64,000 bases of DNA from an uncultured Gammaproteobacteria bacterium (GCA_947259395.1 CAMYMN010000015.1:8915-72914), one strand, 5' to 3'. Positions 1-8,052 are shown, counted from the first letter of the stretch. Notes: generated by a model from the letters alone, not told the origin. Program-made: numbers and translations.

Positions 1-305
1 TCACCGGTGTGTTGGCGTTTGTCCTTGACCTTCGTCGGACGCACGCCGGCGCCGAACAAATCTGCGGCAAACACTGCATAGCCCATTTCGGCAAGCATAT
101 TGGCGCGCTTCACCTCGTAATCGGTGAGCCCATCCCAGTCATGAATTAATAACACCAACGGCGCGTTGTCGGCCGCCGATACGTAATAGCCTTCGTAGGC
201 CTGCCCACCGATGTTGTAAGTGATGGTCTCGCCGGTTGGGGCGGCGAGCGTGGTTAGTGGCTGCACCGCGATGGCGGTAATGATAGCTAAGATCCAACGA
301 CGCAT
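1..305 (-). CDS. dienelactone hydrolase-family protein, N-terminal part (gene continues beyond window start)
   Basis: Not in the ORF track because no stop lies in the window. Manual reverse translation from ATG 305..303 gives MRRWILAIITAIAVQPLTTLAAPTGETITYNIGGQAYEGYYVSAADNAPLVLLIHDWDGLTDYEVKRANMLAEMGYAVFAADLFGAGVRP. This is a signal-peptide-like N-terminus followed by the LVLLIHDW.G / GY.VFA.DLFG pattern typical of DLH-fold hydrolases. Confidence 0.6.
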   Translation of the reverse strand, partial: MRRWILAIITAIAVQPLTTLAAPTGETITYNIGGQAYEGYYVSAADNAPLVLLIHDWDGLTDYEVKRANMLAEMGYAVFAADLFGAGVRPTKVKDKRQHTG

Positions 306-389
306 AACGCTTTGTCTCCTACGTGAAAAGCGGCGCATTTTACCGGTTAAACAGTAGCAAGTCTCGATTGAGTTTCATTCGTGAACGGC

Positions 390-2576
390 TCAGGCGTTGA
401 GCACCGCCAACACACGCTCGGGGGTGAACGGCATGTGATACAGGCGCTTGCCCGTGAGGGCGTGAAACGCATTGGCGACCGCCGCACTGATGAATGGATT
501 ACCGATCTCGCCGATGCCCGTCGGGTGCGTGTCGCGTTCGAGGAACTCGACGTGGATCTCCTCCGGCGCCTCCGACATCCGTAACAGCGGGTAGTCATGG
601 AAATTGGATTGCTCTACCTTACCGTCTTTGATCGTGACACGTTCCTTCAACACACTCGACAATCCGTACACGATGCCGCTCTCGACGTTGCGCCGCGCCA
701 TGTCCGGTTGCACGATGGTGCCGCCGTCGATCACGGCCCACACCTTGTGAACGCGGAGCTTGCCGGTTTGGCGGTCGAGGGAAATCTCCACCACCCCGGC
801 GCCGAGCGAGCCGGAACGTTCGCTGACCGACAGCCCGAGCGCGCGGTCTGGTAGTCTTCTGGCCCGCCAGTCGCACAGCGTCTCGACTGCAGCGAACACA
901 TCTTGAGCCTTGGGCGTCAGCGCCATGCGCTGGTGGCGAAAGGTAAATGGGTCCATGCCTTCGGCTGCCGCCATCTCGTCGACCATCCCCTCGATGGCAA
1001 ACAGGTTGAATGGGTGCGCCACTGCGCGCCAGTGTTTCAGGCGGATGCCGTGGGCGGTACCGCGCAATTCGATGCGTTGGTTGGGAACGCGATAGTACTT
1101 GTCGAGATTGATGCCCGAATACAATAGCCGCCCGCCGTCGCCCACCACGCAGTGGCGCCAGCCGGCGATCTTGCCGCGTTGGTCCAGCGCGGCCTCGACC
1201 CGCTGAAAGCACTGCGGGCGGAACATCCCGTAGGCGAGGTCTTCTTCGCGGGTCCAGATCATCTTCACCGGGCGTTTGACGGCGCGTGCGATCAGCGCCG
1301 CTTCGACGGTGTAGTCGTTGATCGACCGGCGGCCAAACCCACCGCCCATGTAATGCTGGTGGTGTATCACCTGGCTCGGTTCGAAGCCGAGTGCCCGGGC
1401 AATTAATTGGCGCGAACGACCCGGCGCCTGGGTACCTTCCCAGATCTCCACTTGGTTGCCAGCGGCATTGAAGCGGGCGACGGCATTGAGCGGTTCCATC
1501 TGCGCGTGATAGCCGAAATCGCTCTTGAAGCTGGCTTGATATATCTTGGCCGCGTTCGCAAATGCAGTGTCGATGTCGCCGGTCTCGCCGACGGTTGTGT
1601 TGTGGGCGACCTCGTCCGCAGCAATTCGCGGATAGTTGGCGTCCAGTTCCGGTGGTGAATCGAAGCCCTCGGCGAGCACCCCCTTGGCCCAGGTGACCGT
1701 GAGTGCGTTGCGCGCCTTGAGCGCGTGCTCGAAGGTGTCGGCGACGACAGCAACGCCGCGCTCCAGCTTGACGATGTTGATGACGCCCCTCATCTTGCGG
1801 ACGGCGTCCTCGTTCCAGCGCACGGGTGCGGCGAGTTGTACTGGCGAGTGTACGGTGGTGGCGTAAACCATGCCGGGCAGCCGGACGTCGATCGCAAATT
1901 TGGCCGCGCCGTTGACCTTGTCCGGGATGTCGCGGCGCGGTACCGGTTTGCCGATGAGGCGGAACTTGCTTGGGTCTTTGAAATCGGCCGCGGGCACCTC
2001 GGGCATCGTGGCCGGCGGCTCGGCGAACATGGCCACCTCGCCATAGCTCATGCGCCGGCCGGAGGCACGGTGGACCACGACGCTGGGCTCGGTGGTCAGC
2101 TCGGCGGGATCGACGCGCCACTTCTTGGCGGCGGCCGCGAGCAACACCTTACGCACCTGGGCGCCGGCTCGGCGCATTCCGTCGTAGTACATCATCACCG
2201 CCCGGCTGCCGACGATGGCCATGCTGTGGGACAGGCTCTCGCCGCGCCGTCGCGCGTAGCCATAGATCTTGGGGTTCGCCGGCGCCCATTCGAGCACCAC
2301 CTGGTTCCAGTCGGCGTCGAGCTCTTCGGCGAGCACCACCGGCACCCCGGTCATCGAGCCCTGGCCCATCTCCGCACCGGGGGTGAGAATGGTAATCGTA
2401 TTATCTGCTGCTATGCGCACCCAAGCGCCGATCTCGTAACCGGCGGCCTTGGCCTGCACCGCGGACATCAACAGCATGCCGCTCGGCGCGAACGCGACCG
2501 CAAAGGTGAGGCGCGCGGTGCCGGCGACAAATTCGCGGCGGGTGATCTTCGAGGTGGACGTGTCGATGTCGGTCAT
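390..2576 (-). CDS. molybdopterin-binding large subunit of an aldehyde oxidase/xanthine dehydrogenase-family hydroxylase (IorB-like), Tat-exported
   Basis: 728-aa ORF. N-terminal twin-arginine motif (TRREFVAG) followed by a hydrophobic region ending AKA. Length and overall sequence are typical of IorB/membrane-bound aldehyde dehydrogenase large subunits. ATGA start/stop overlap with the upstream 2Fe-2S subunit gene at 2573-2576. Confidence 0.85.
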   Translation of the reverse strand: MTDIDTSTSKITRREFVAGTARLTFAVAFAPSGMLLMSAVQAKAAGYEIGAWVRIAADNTITILTPGAEMGQGSMTGVPVVLAEELDADWNQVVLEWAPANPKIYGYARRRGESLSHSMAIVGSRAVMMYYDGMRRAGAQVRKVLLAAAAKKWRVDPAELTTEPSVVVHRASGRRMSYGEVAMFAEPPATMPEVPAADFKDPSKFRLIGKPVPRRDIPDKVNGAAKFAIDVRLPGMVYATTVHSPVQLAAPVRWNEDAVRKMRGVINIVKLERGVAVVADTFEHALKARNALTVTWAKGVLAEGFDSPPELDANYPRIAADEVAHNTTVGETGDIDTAFANAAKIYQASFKSDFGYHAQMEPLNAVARFNAAGNQVEIWEGTQAPGRSRQLIARALGFEPSQVIHHQHYMGGGFGRRSINDYTVEAALIARAVKRPVKMIWTREEDLAYGMFRPQCFQRVEAALDQRGKIAGWRHCVVGDGGRLLYSGINLDKYYRVPNQRIELRGTAHGIRLKHWRAVAHPFNLFAIEGMVDEMAAAEGMDPFTFRHQRMALTPKAQDVFAAVETLCDWRARRLPDRALGLSVSERSGSLGAGVVEISLDRQTGKLRVHKVWAVIDGGTIVQPDMARRNVESGIVYGLSSVLKERVTIKDGKVEQSNFHDYPLLRMSEAPEEIHVEFLERDTHPTGIGEIGNPFISAAVANAFHALTGKRLYHMPFTPERVLAVLNA

Positions 2577-3031
2577 GAACTTTGCTCACTCGCGGCGCGC
2601 TGGATGGCGGCAATGATCCGCGTGTAGGTGCCGCAGCGGCACAGTACCGCGTCCATGTGGGCGACGATCTCGTCGCGTGAAGGATTCGGGTTTTGCTCGA
2701 GCAGTTCCGCTGCCTGCATGATCTGCCCCGACTGACAGTACCCGCATTGTGCGACCTGTTCGGCGACCCAGGCCTTTTGCAACCGATGGTTGGAATCTGG
2801 AGACAGGCCTTCGATGGTCGTCACCGACGTGCCTTCGACGTTAGTCAAGCGTGTCATACAGGACTTGATTGCCTTGCCGTTGACATGCACGGTGCACGCG
2901 CCGCAATGCCCGGCACCGCAACCGAATTTGGTTCCGGTGAGCTTGAGATGATCCCGGATTGCCCACAGCAGTGGCGTGTCCGGCTCGGCACTCACCGATA
3001 CCGGTTTGCCATTGATCTTGAATGCAACCAT
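2573..3031 (-). CDS. [2Fe-2S]-binding small subunit of the Mo-hydroxylase (IorA-like)
   Basis: 152 aa with both cluster signatures: FGCGAGHCGACTV, and CGYCQSG ... LCRCGTY. Strong SD (AAGGAGGA) lies 3 nt upstream of ATG 3031. Confidence 0.9.
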   Translation of the reverse strand: MVAFKINGKPVSVSAEPDTPLLWAIRDHLKLTGTKFGCGAGHCGACTVHVNGKAIKSCMTRLTNVEGTSVTTIEGLSPDSNHRLQKAWVAEQVAQCGYCQSGQIMQAAELLEQNPNPSRDEIVAHMDAVLCRCGTYTRIIAAIQRAASEQSS

Positions 3032-3053
3032 GCGTCCTCCTTACCGCGGTGAC

Positions 3054-3089
3054 GGAGACATTCTACGTGTAAAAAAACCAGAATGTCCT
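3054..3089. promoter_or_regulatory. dyad cassette A (GGAGACATTCTAC ... CAGAATGTCCT); minus strand reads AGGACA-N18-TAGAAT upstream of the hydroxylase operon
   Basis: Read directly. Arms lie at 3054-3066 and 3079-3089. The minus-strand -35-like hexamer is the complement of 3084-3089 and the -10-like TAGAAT is the complement of 3060-3065, with an 18-nt spacer. The TAGAAT ends 28 nt before ATG 3031. Confidence 0.45.
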
Positions 3090-3104
3090 ATTTTGTGTTT
3101 TTTG

Positions 3105-3881
3105 CTACTTGGTCCTTTGCGAAAGCCAGTCGGCCACCGTCTGCACCAGGGGTTCTTCGAAACCGTCAAAGAAATGATCGGCGCCGGGAATCGTCACCTG
3201 CGCGTAATCGCGGTTGCCGCCCGCCTTTGCCGCCGCGGCGCGTTCGCCCGCTGTGTCGACGACGGTCTTCAAATCGTTCTCACCGTACACGTCGAGTACC
3301 GGCAGGCGGATTTTCTCGAGCGCATCGAGGCTGTTGATCTGTGGCACTTGCTTGTTGACGCCCATGCCCACCCCGACGAAGCCCTTGATCGCCGCGTCGC
3401 CGCCGGTGGCAAGAAAATGCCGCGCCATACCGCTGCCAAGGCTATGGGTGACTAGGAAGATCGGGTCAGCACCCTGTTCCTTGAGCGCTGCAATGCCGGC
3501 ACGGACGCGGCCGGGCACTTCGTCGAGCAGCGGAATGTATTCCTGGGCCTGCGCCTCATTGGGCAGGATAGGCATCTGTAACGACAGCGTGGTCCAGCCG
3601 CGTTCCGCAAGTTGTACACGTAGCGGGTACACCACCTGTGGCCAATTCGGGTGGACGCCGATACCGTGCATGACGATGACTCCGCCTAGAGTGTCGCCCT
3701 GCGCCGGCGTCAAGATGGACAGAAATTTCTGACCGTCGGCCTTTAACCATACCGCATCCCCGTCAATGAGTTCGTCGACGATCTGGTCCGCCCAGCGTTT
3801 TTCTTTGGCTAGATCCGAGGCCAGGCCGGCGGTGGCGATGAGTATCAGTATGCCGGCCATCAGAATATGCGGTGTTTTCAT
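3105..3881 (-). CDS. exported alpha/beta-fold hydrolase
   Basis: 258 aa. Signal peptide MKTPHILMAGILILIATAGLA. Nucleophile-elbow-like VTHSLGSG and alpha/beta hydrolase-like layout (VIVMHGIG ... HSLG ... ADHFF). Confidence 0.75.
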   Translation of the reverse strand: MKTPHILMAGILILIATAGLASDLAKEKRWADQIVDELIDGDAVWLKADGQKFLSILTPAQGDTLGGVIVMHGIGVHPNWPQVVYPLRVQLAERGWTTLSLQMPILPNEAQAQEYIPLLDEVPGRVRAGIAALKEQGADPIFLVTHSLGSGMARHFLATGGDAAIKGFVGVGMGVNKQVPQINSLDALEKIRLPVLDVYGENDLKTVVDTAGERAAAAKAGGNRDYAQVTIPGADHFFDGFEEPLVQTVADWLSQRTK

Positions 3882-3905
3882 TAGTTTCTTCTCTGAGAGG
3901 TAAGT

Positions 3906-3943
3906 GGGAGATATTCTACGTTTTTAAAAACTCGCATGTCCCC
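3906..3943. promoter_or_regulatory. dyad cassette B (GGGAGATATTCTACGTTTTT / AAAAACTCGCATGTCCCC); minus strand reads GGGACA-N18-TAGAAT upstream of the alpha/beta hydrolase gene
   Basis: Read directly. The -35-like hexamer is the complement of 3937-3942 and TAGAAT is the complement of 3913-3918, with an 18-nt spacer. The TAGAAT ends 31 nt before ATG 3881. The element abuts the stop codon (3944-3946) of the upstream gene. Confidence 0.45.
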
Positions 3944-4660
3944 TTAATTTTTTACCAGCGCTTGAATGGCGGCGAACCAATGGTCGGCGATCTTTATGTT
4001 GCCGGCATCGTTCGGATGGGTGCCGTCGTAAGTATCCTGCTCGGCGTCAAATCCGGTGAATTGATCGACCAGCACGACCCGTGATACCGGGGTGTCCATA
4101 GTTGTCGCCAAACCTGAGAGCGATTGGTTGAATTGCTTGATGCGTTGGGTCACGCGCTCATGGTCCACGGGAATAATAGCCGCCAACAGAATGTGGACTC
4201 TGTGATTGTGGTGGCGTAGACGATCGATGATGTCTGCGATCTCCTGTGCGGTGTCGTCGATGTCCTGGCCGACGCCGATGTCGTTGGTTCCCAAATGCAC
4301 GAGTACGAGGTCAGGCTTTGCCCGTGCCGCCCACGTATCGATGTGCGTGAGCACATGATCTGCGCGCCAGCCCCAGTGACCTTCATGGTCAGGGTCGAAA
4401 TCTTCGGCATCTGACTCCCCACCATAACCACGCTTCATGCTACCGACGAAGTCTGCCTCGATGCCGGCCCGCTTTAGCGCCGACCATAACGGCCGCCGGT
4501 AGCTATCGCGATAGCCTTGCGTGATCGAGTCGCCCAACGGCATGATCCGCAGCGACGTTTGTTGAGCCCAAGCAACGCCAGTATCAACGAGCAGCACGCA
4601 ACCCAGTGAAAACACTACCGTTGCGTGTAAGGCATGCTTGTGAACACGTGCTCGAATCAA
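3944..4660 (-). CDS. exported SGNH/GDSL-family hydrolase (lipase/esterase-like)
   Basis: SGNH blocks are present: PLGDSITQGY, LVHLGTNDIG and DGTHPN. The ORF-track start (4774) would read through the 41-bp palindrome and overlap the divergent gene. The in-frame TTG at 4660 gives a classical signal peptide (M)IRARVHKHALHATVVFSLGCVLLVDTGVAWA. The start remains uncertain because the SD is weak. Confidence 0.75.
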   Translation of the reverse strand: MIRARVHKHALHATVVFSLGCVLLVDTGVAWAQQTSLRIMPLGDSITQGYRDSYRRPLWSALKRAGIEADFVGSMKRGYGGESDAEDFDPDHEGHWGWRADHVLTHIDTWAARAKPDLVLVHLGTNDIGVGQDIDDTAQEIADIIDRLRHHNHRVHILLAAIIPVDHERVTQRIKQFNQSLSGLATTMDTPVSRVVLVDQFTGFDAEQDTYDGTHPNDAGNIKIADHWFAAIQALVKN

Positions 4661-4684
4661 TTGATATTGCCCGCAGACCAGGAA

Positions 4685-4725
4685 AAGAGGACATTCTACT
4701 TTTATCAAAAGTAGAATGTCCTCTT
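4685..4725. promoter_or_regulatory. dyad cassette C: 41-bp perfect palindrome (19-bp arms, 3-nt centre) in a divergent intergenic gap
   Basis: AAGAGGACATTCTACTTTT-atc-AAAAGTAGAATGTCCTCTT, checked base by base. Both strands read AGGACA-N18-TAGAAT (plus strand 4688-4693 and 4712-4717). Confidence 0.5.
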
Positions 4726-4745
4726 CTCGGTCCGAGGAGCCGTCA

Positions 4746-5744
4746 ATGACCGTCAATATCGCCATGTTGGGCACCGGTAGTATTGCCGATGACGCCCTCG
4801 CCCCCGCGTTGAAGCGGGTCGCGGGCGCGAATTTGTGGAGTGTACTGAGCCGCGGCCGCGACCGCGCGCGGGCGTTCGCACGGCGTCACGGTGCGGCGGC
4901 CCCGGCCCCCGCCCATGATTCGCTCGAGACACTCCTGGCCGATCCGGATCTCGACGCGGTCATCATCGCCACCCCGGATTACCTGCATGCCACACAAGCC
5001 GTCGCCGCCGCCGGCGCGGGCAAGCATGTGCTCACCGAAAAGCCGATGGCGACCGGCGTCGAGGAGGGTGAGGCCATGGTGCGGGCCTGTGACGATGCCG
5101 GGGTCAAGCTCGCAGTCGGCTACCATCTTCGCTGGCATGCCGGTCATCGCAAGATGCTGACGCTGATACGGGCCGGCGGCGTGGGTGAGTTGCGGCACAT
5201 GCGCGCCCAGTGGACGTTTCAGGCACCCGACGCCGGCAACTGGCGCGCGCGGCGCGACACCGCGAGTTGGTGGAGCTTGTCCGGCGTCGGTACCCATTGT
5301 TTAGACCTCATCCGTTGGGTGATGGTGCCCGTGTGCGGCGAGGTCGTCTCGCTTGCGAGCACCATCAGCCGCGACGTGTGGAGCAGCCCGAATGACGAGA
5401 CTGCGGTAGTTTCCCTGCGCTTCGCGTCGGGTGCCACCGCCGAATTCTGCTCTTCGGTGTTGATCACGGCGCCCAGCCGTGCCGAGGTCTACGGCAGCGA
5501 CGGTTACATCCGTTGCGAAGATACGCTCACCCGCCGCGGTGCGGGGGCGATCGACACCCACCAGGGTATCTTGGAATTCGACGTGGCCGATCCCTACGCC
5601 GGTGAGATCCGCGACTTCGTAGCGGCTATCGAGGACCATCGGAAACCGGAGGTCGATGGCCGCGAAGGGCTGCGTAACGTTTCGTTACTCGTACAAGCGG
5701 TGGCATCGGGTGGGGCTAGATTCGACGCGCAGCAAGTTCCGTAA
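4746..5744 (+). CDS. Gfo/Idh/MocA-family NAD(P)-dependent oxidoreductase
   Basis: N-terminal Rossmann motif MTVNIAMLGTGSIA, and the EKP motif (VLTEKPMA) typical of the family. SD GAGGAG lies 6 nt upstream of ATG 4746. The ORF-track start 4716 lies inside the palindrome. Confidence 0.85.
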   Translation: MTVNIAMLGTGSIADDALAPALKRVAGANLWSVLSRGRDRARAFARRHGAAAPAPAHDSLETLLADPDLDAVIIATPDYLHATQAVAAAGAGKHVLTEKPMATGVEEGEAMVRACDDAGVKLAVGYHLRWHAGHRKMLTLIRAGGVGELRHMRAQWTFQAPDAGNWRARRDTASWWSLSGVGTHCLDLIRWVMVPVCGEVVSLASTISRDVWSSPNDETAVVSLRFASGATAEFCSSVLITAPSRAEVYGSDGYIRCEDTLTRRGAGAIDTHQGILEFDVADPYAGEIRDFVAAIEDHRKPEVDGREGLRNVSLLVQAVASGGARFDAQQVP

Positions 5745-5892
5745 ATATTTCACAATTTCTGTCCTGCACGTTTAACTGTCATCGAGCGGGCCAACGGGCA
5801 ATGTAGTACTCGCTCAGCGGATTGCACGCGATGATCGTTCCCACACGCACGACCCGCAAGCACTGAGACGAAAAACAAGATAGGAGAGCGAC

Positions 5893-6108
5893 ATGTTTGA
5901 CAACCTGGTACGCGTGTACGTTGCCGTTGGACTGATAGTGTTCGGTCTGAGGGCCGTTTTCTACGAGTTGGGTATCGCCCCATGGCTGGTCATGCTCAGT
6001 TTGGCGGTGGCTCTGATCGTGTGGGTTAGCGTCCGTCATGGGCGTGACGCCGTGAACGGATTACAGACCCGAATTGGTGTGTATCCTGTAAGGCGGCGAG
6101 CGGTCTGA
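5893..6108 (+). CDS. small hypothetical membrane protein (71 aa, two predicted TM helices)
   Basis: SD AGGAGA lies 5 nt upstream of ATG 5893. There are two hydrophobic stretches (VYVAVGLIVFGLRAVF and WLVMLSLAVALIVWVSV). It is followed by a good intrinsic terminator at 6137-6181. No recognised family. Confidence 0.45.
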   Translation: MFDNLVRVYVAVGLIVFGLRAVFYELGIAPWLVMLSLAVALIVWVSVRHGRDAVNGLQTRIGVYPVRRRAV

Positions 6109-6136
6109 CCGGTGTATTGCTCCTTGGTGCATTAAG

Positions 6137-6181
6137 GGGTCGGTGACGCTTCAGATATCTCGATCACCGGCCCATTTTTTT
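6137..6181 (+). terminator. rho-independent terminator candidate
   Basis: GGGTCGGTGA ... TCACCGGCCC forms a 10-bp stem with one G-U pair, followed by A plus a run of 7 T (6175-6181). Confidence 0.55.
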
Positions 6182-6332
6182 GTTCCTATAAATTCAACTG
6201 ATCCTTGCGCTACTGTGGGTCCTGTGGGCTAGCTACTACATACGTTTTTAGGTTCGTGACCGCGCGGGACGTCCATCGCGAAGCTGGTGAGCTGAGGCCT
6301 GACTTCGATTCGTTTTTGTAACGGTTTGAGCT

Positions 6333-6974
6333 CTACAAGAATGTGATATAGGGAAGCAGCATGCGGCTGATGGCGAAGACATTGTGGAATATCGGCAGAC
6401 CCATGATACTCAGCACCACCAGCGCCATGAGCGCCATATTACCGTAGCGGTTATTGAAATAACGGTACTGCTGGGCCATCCGGCGGGGCAAGAAATAGGG
6501 CAGGATGTAATGGCCGTCCAGGGCGCCCAGGGGAATCAAGTTGAATATCATCAATAACAGATTGATCTGCGCGAGAAAGACGAAAAAGAACCGCGGCCCC
6601 GGTTCCGCAAGACCGCTGTACCCCATGTGTAACCCCAAAACATAGATATTGATGGTGACCACCGCAACGACCAGGTTCATCGCCGGCCCGGCCGCAGATA
6701 CCAGCAAATCCGCCCACACCGATGTGAAGTTTCGCGGATTGGTGGGCACTGGTTTCGCGTAACCAAAACCGATCAGCATAACCATCAAAAGACCCATTGG
6801 ATCGATGTGCGCGATCGGATTAATAGTCAGGCGCCCCGCCTGCTCTGCGGTATCGTCACCGAATCGTTTGGCCACATAGGCATGCCCAAATTCGTGAAAC
6901 GACAACGAGATCACGAGAGCGATCAGGATCAACAGAAACAAGGCGAATTGGCCTTGGTGGAGAAGTTGGATCAT
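6333..6974 (-). CDS. site-2 protease (M50)-family integral membrane metalloprotease
   Basis: 213 aa, polytopic. HExxH motif (FHEFGHAYVA) sits in the first TM region. Second motif region NLIPLGALDGHYIL. Confidence 0.8.
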   Translation of the reverse strand: MIQLLHQGQFALFLLILIALVISLSFHEFGHAYVAKRFGDDTAEQAGRLTINPIAHIDPMGLLMVMLIGFGYAKPVPTNPRNFTSVWADLLVSAAGPAMNLVVAVVTINIYVLGLHMGYSGLAEPGPRFFFVFLAQINLLLMIFNLIPLGALDGHYILPYFLPRRMAQQYRYFNNRYGNMALMALVVLSIMGLPIFHNVFAISRMLLPYITFL

Positions 6975-7142
6975 TCAATTCGACTGCTTGTGGTTGTCAG
7001 GGGTAATTATCGGTGAATTGCCACCGATTCGAAAACCGTGATAATTGTGGTGGCAACTACCATGGGGTTGGCGCGCAATTTCGGCTAATATTAGCGAATG
7101 TTGCTGTTAGGCGTAGTTGTCGTCTGATCCCTATTTTCGAAG

Positions 7143-8027
7143 GTGTATACCATGTGGCACTTCACACGATATTGGATATTCGGCTGGCTGGTGTATGCGA
7201 GTTTTTTAACTCAGGTGCAAGCCGATGCGCTGAGCTTTGAACTCGCGGCCGCCAGCGCGGAGACCTATGGACTGCCGCACGACATCGTATTGTCGCCCGA
7301 CGGCAAGGCGCTTTACGTGGCCGACAACGCCAACGATCGCATCGTCGTATTGGACCCCGAGACATTGAAGGAACTCGGCGCGTTTGCACAGGACGAAGTC
7401 GCCGAGCCCCATGACGTTGCGTTTGACGCCACCGGGCGTTTGCTGGTCGCCGATACCGGCAACAGCCGCATCGCCATTTTCGCGGTCGATGGTGTCGGCG
7501 GACGGCTTGTCGGGTCGCTTGAGGGGCGTATTCGGCGCCCAGAGGGTGTCGCCGTGCACCCCGACGGCCGGGTGTTTGCGACGGGCGCGGCCTCGGGCAA
7601 TCTCGTGGTGTACCGCGACGGCCAGGTGGTCGGCGAAGTCGGCGGGTTTTCTTCTCCCCATGATGTGGCTTTTGATTCAAGCGGCGGCGTTTGGGTCGCC
7701 GATGCCGCCAATGATCGGTTGGTGCGCCTGAACGATGCGCTGCAGGTAAAGACGATTTTGTCCGGTCCTGCTTATGATTTCAGTGGGCCGCGGTACCTGG
7801 ACTTCGATCCCGCAGGGCGTATGTACGTGGCCGACAAATACACACATCGAATTAAAGTAATTGCCCCCGACGGTAAATTGATTCAAGTGTTGGGCGGTCC
7901 CCGTTCAGGGAAGGGTGAAGGCGTTTTTGATCGGCCGGAAGGTGTTGCAGTCCGAGGCGACGATATCTGGTTTTCCGACACCTATAACAACCGTATCGTT
8001 CGTTATAAAGTGACGGGTATGCGGTAA
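7143..8027 (+). CDS. exported NHL-repeat beta-propeller protein
   Basis: Signal-like N-terminus ending QVQADA. Repeated NHL units are present (e.g. PHDVAFDATGRLLVADTGNSRIAIF, PHDVAFDSSGGVWVADAANDRLVRL, PRYLDFDPAGRMYVADKYTHRIKVI, PEGVAVRGDDIWFSDTYNNRIVRY). Confidence 0.8.
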   Translation: MYTMWHFTRYWIFGWLVYASFLTQVQADALSFELAAASAETYGLPHDIVLSPDGKALYVADNANDRIVVLDPETLKELGAFAQDEVAEPHDVAFDATGRLLVADTGNSRIAIFAVDGVGGRLVGSLEGRIRRPEGVAVHPDGRVFATGAASGNLVVYRDGQVVGEVGGFSSPHDVAFDSSGGVWVADAANDRLVRLNDALQVKTILSGPAYDFSGPRYLDFDPAGRMYVADKYTHRIKVIAPDGKLIQVLGGPRSGKGEGVFDRPEGVAVRGDDIWFSDTYNNRIVRYKVTGMR

Positions 8028-8052
8028 TAAAGAAACATTTGTCCCAACAAAA

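Noticed and set aside
619-2121. 500-aa ORF on the minus strand (Arg/Gly/Pro-rich) inside the Mo-hydroxylase large-subunit gene
   Set aside because: It lies on the same strand in a different frame, entirely nested in a well-supported 728-aa gene. The extreme R/P/G composition is typical of out-of-frame translation of GC-rich coding DNA.
1725-2627. 300-aa antisense ORF opposite the Mo-hydroxylase gene
   Set aside because: Low-complexity G/A/H/R-rich translation with no recognisable domain. It fully overlaps two supported genes on the other strand.
4661-4774. N-terminal extensions of the SGNH hydrolase (to 4774) and of the oxidoreductase (from 4716) given by the longest-ORF track
   Set aside because: The extensions overlap each other, run through the 41-bp palindrome and add non-homologous residues. 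Shorter starts give a signal peptide (minus gene) and an SD-preceded Rossmann N-terminus (plus gene).
7017-7056. Nested short inverted repeats (ATCGGTG/CACCGAT and TTGCCACC/GGTGGCAA) between the M50 protease and NHL genes
   Set aside because: They are only 7-8 bp, with no second copy and no recognisable operator consensus. They may be a regulatory site, but there is not enough evidence to call one.
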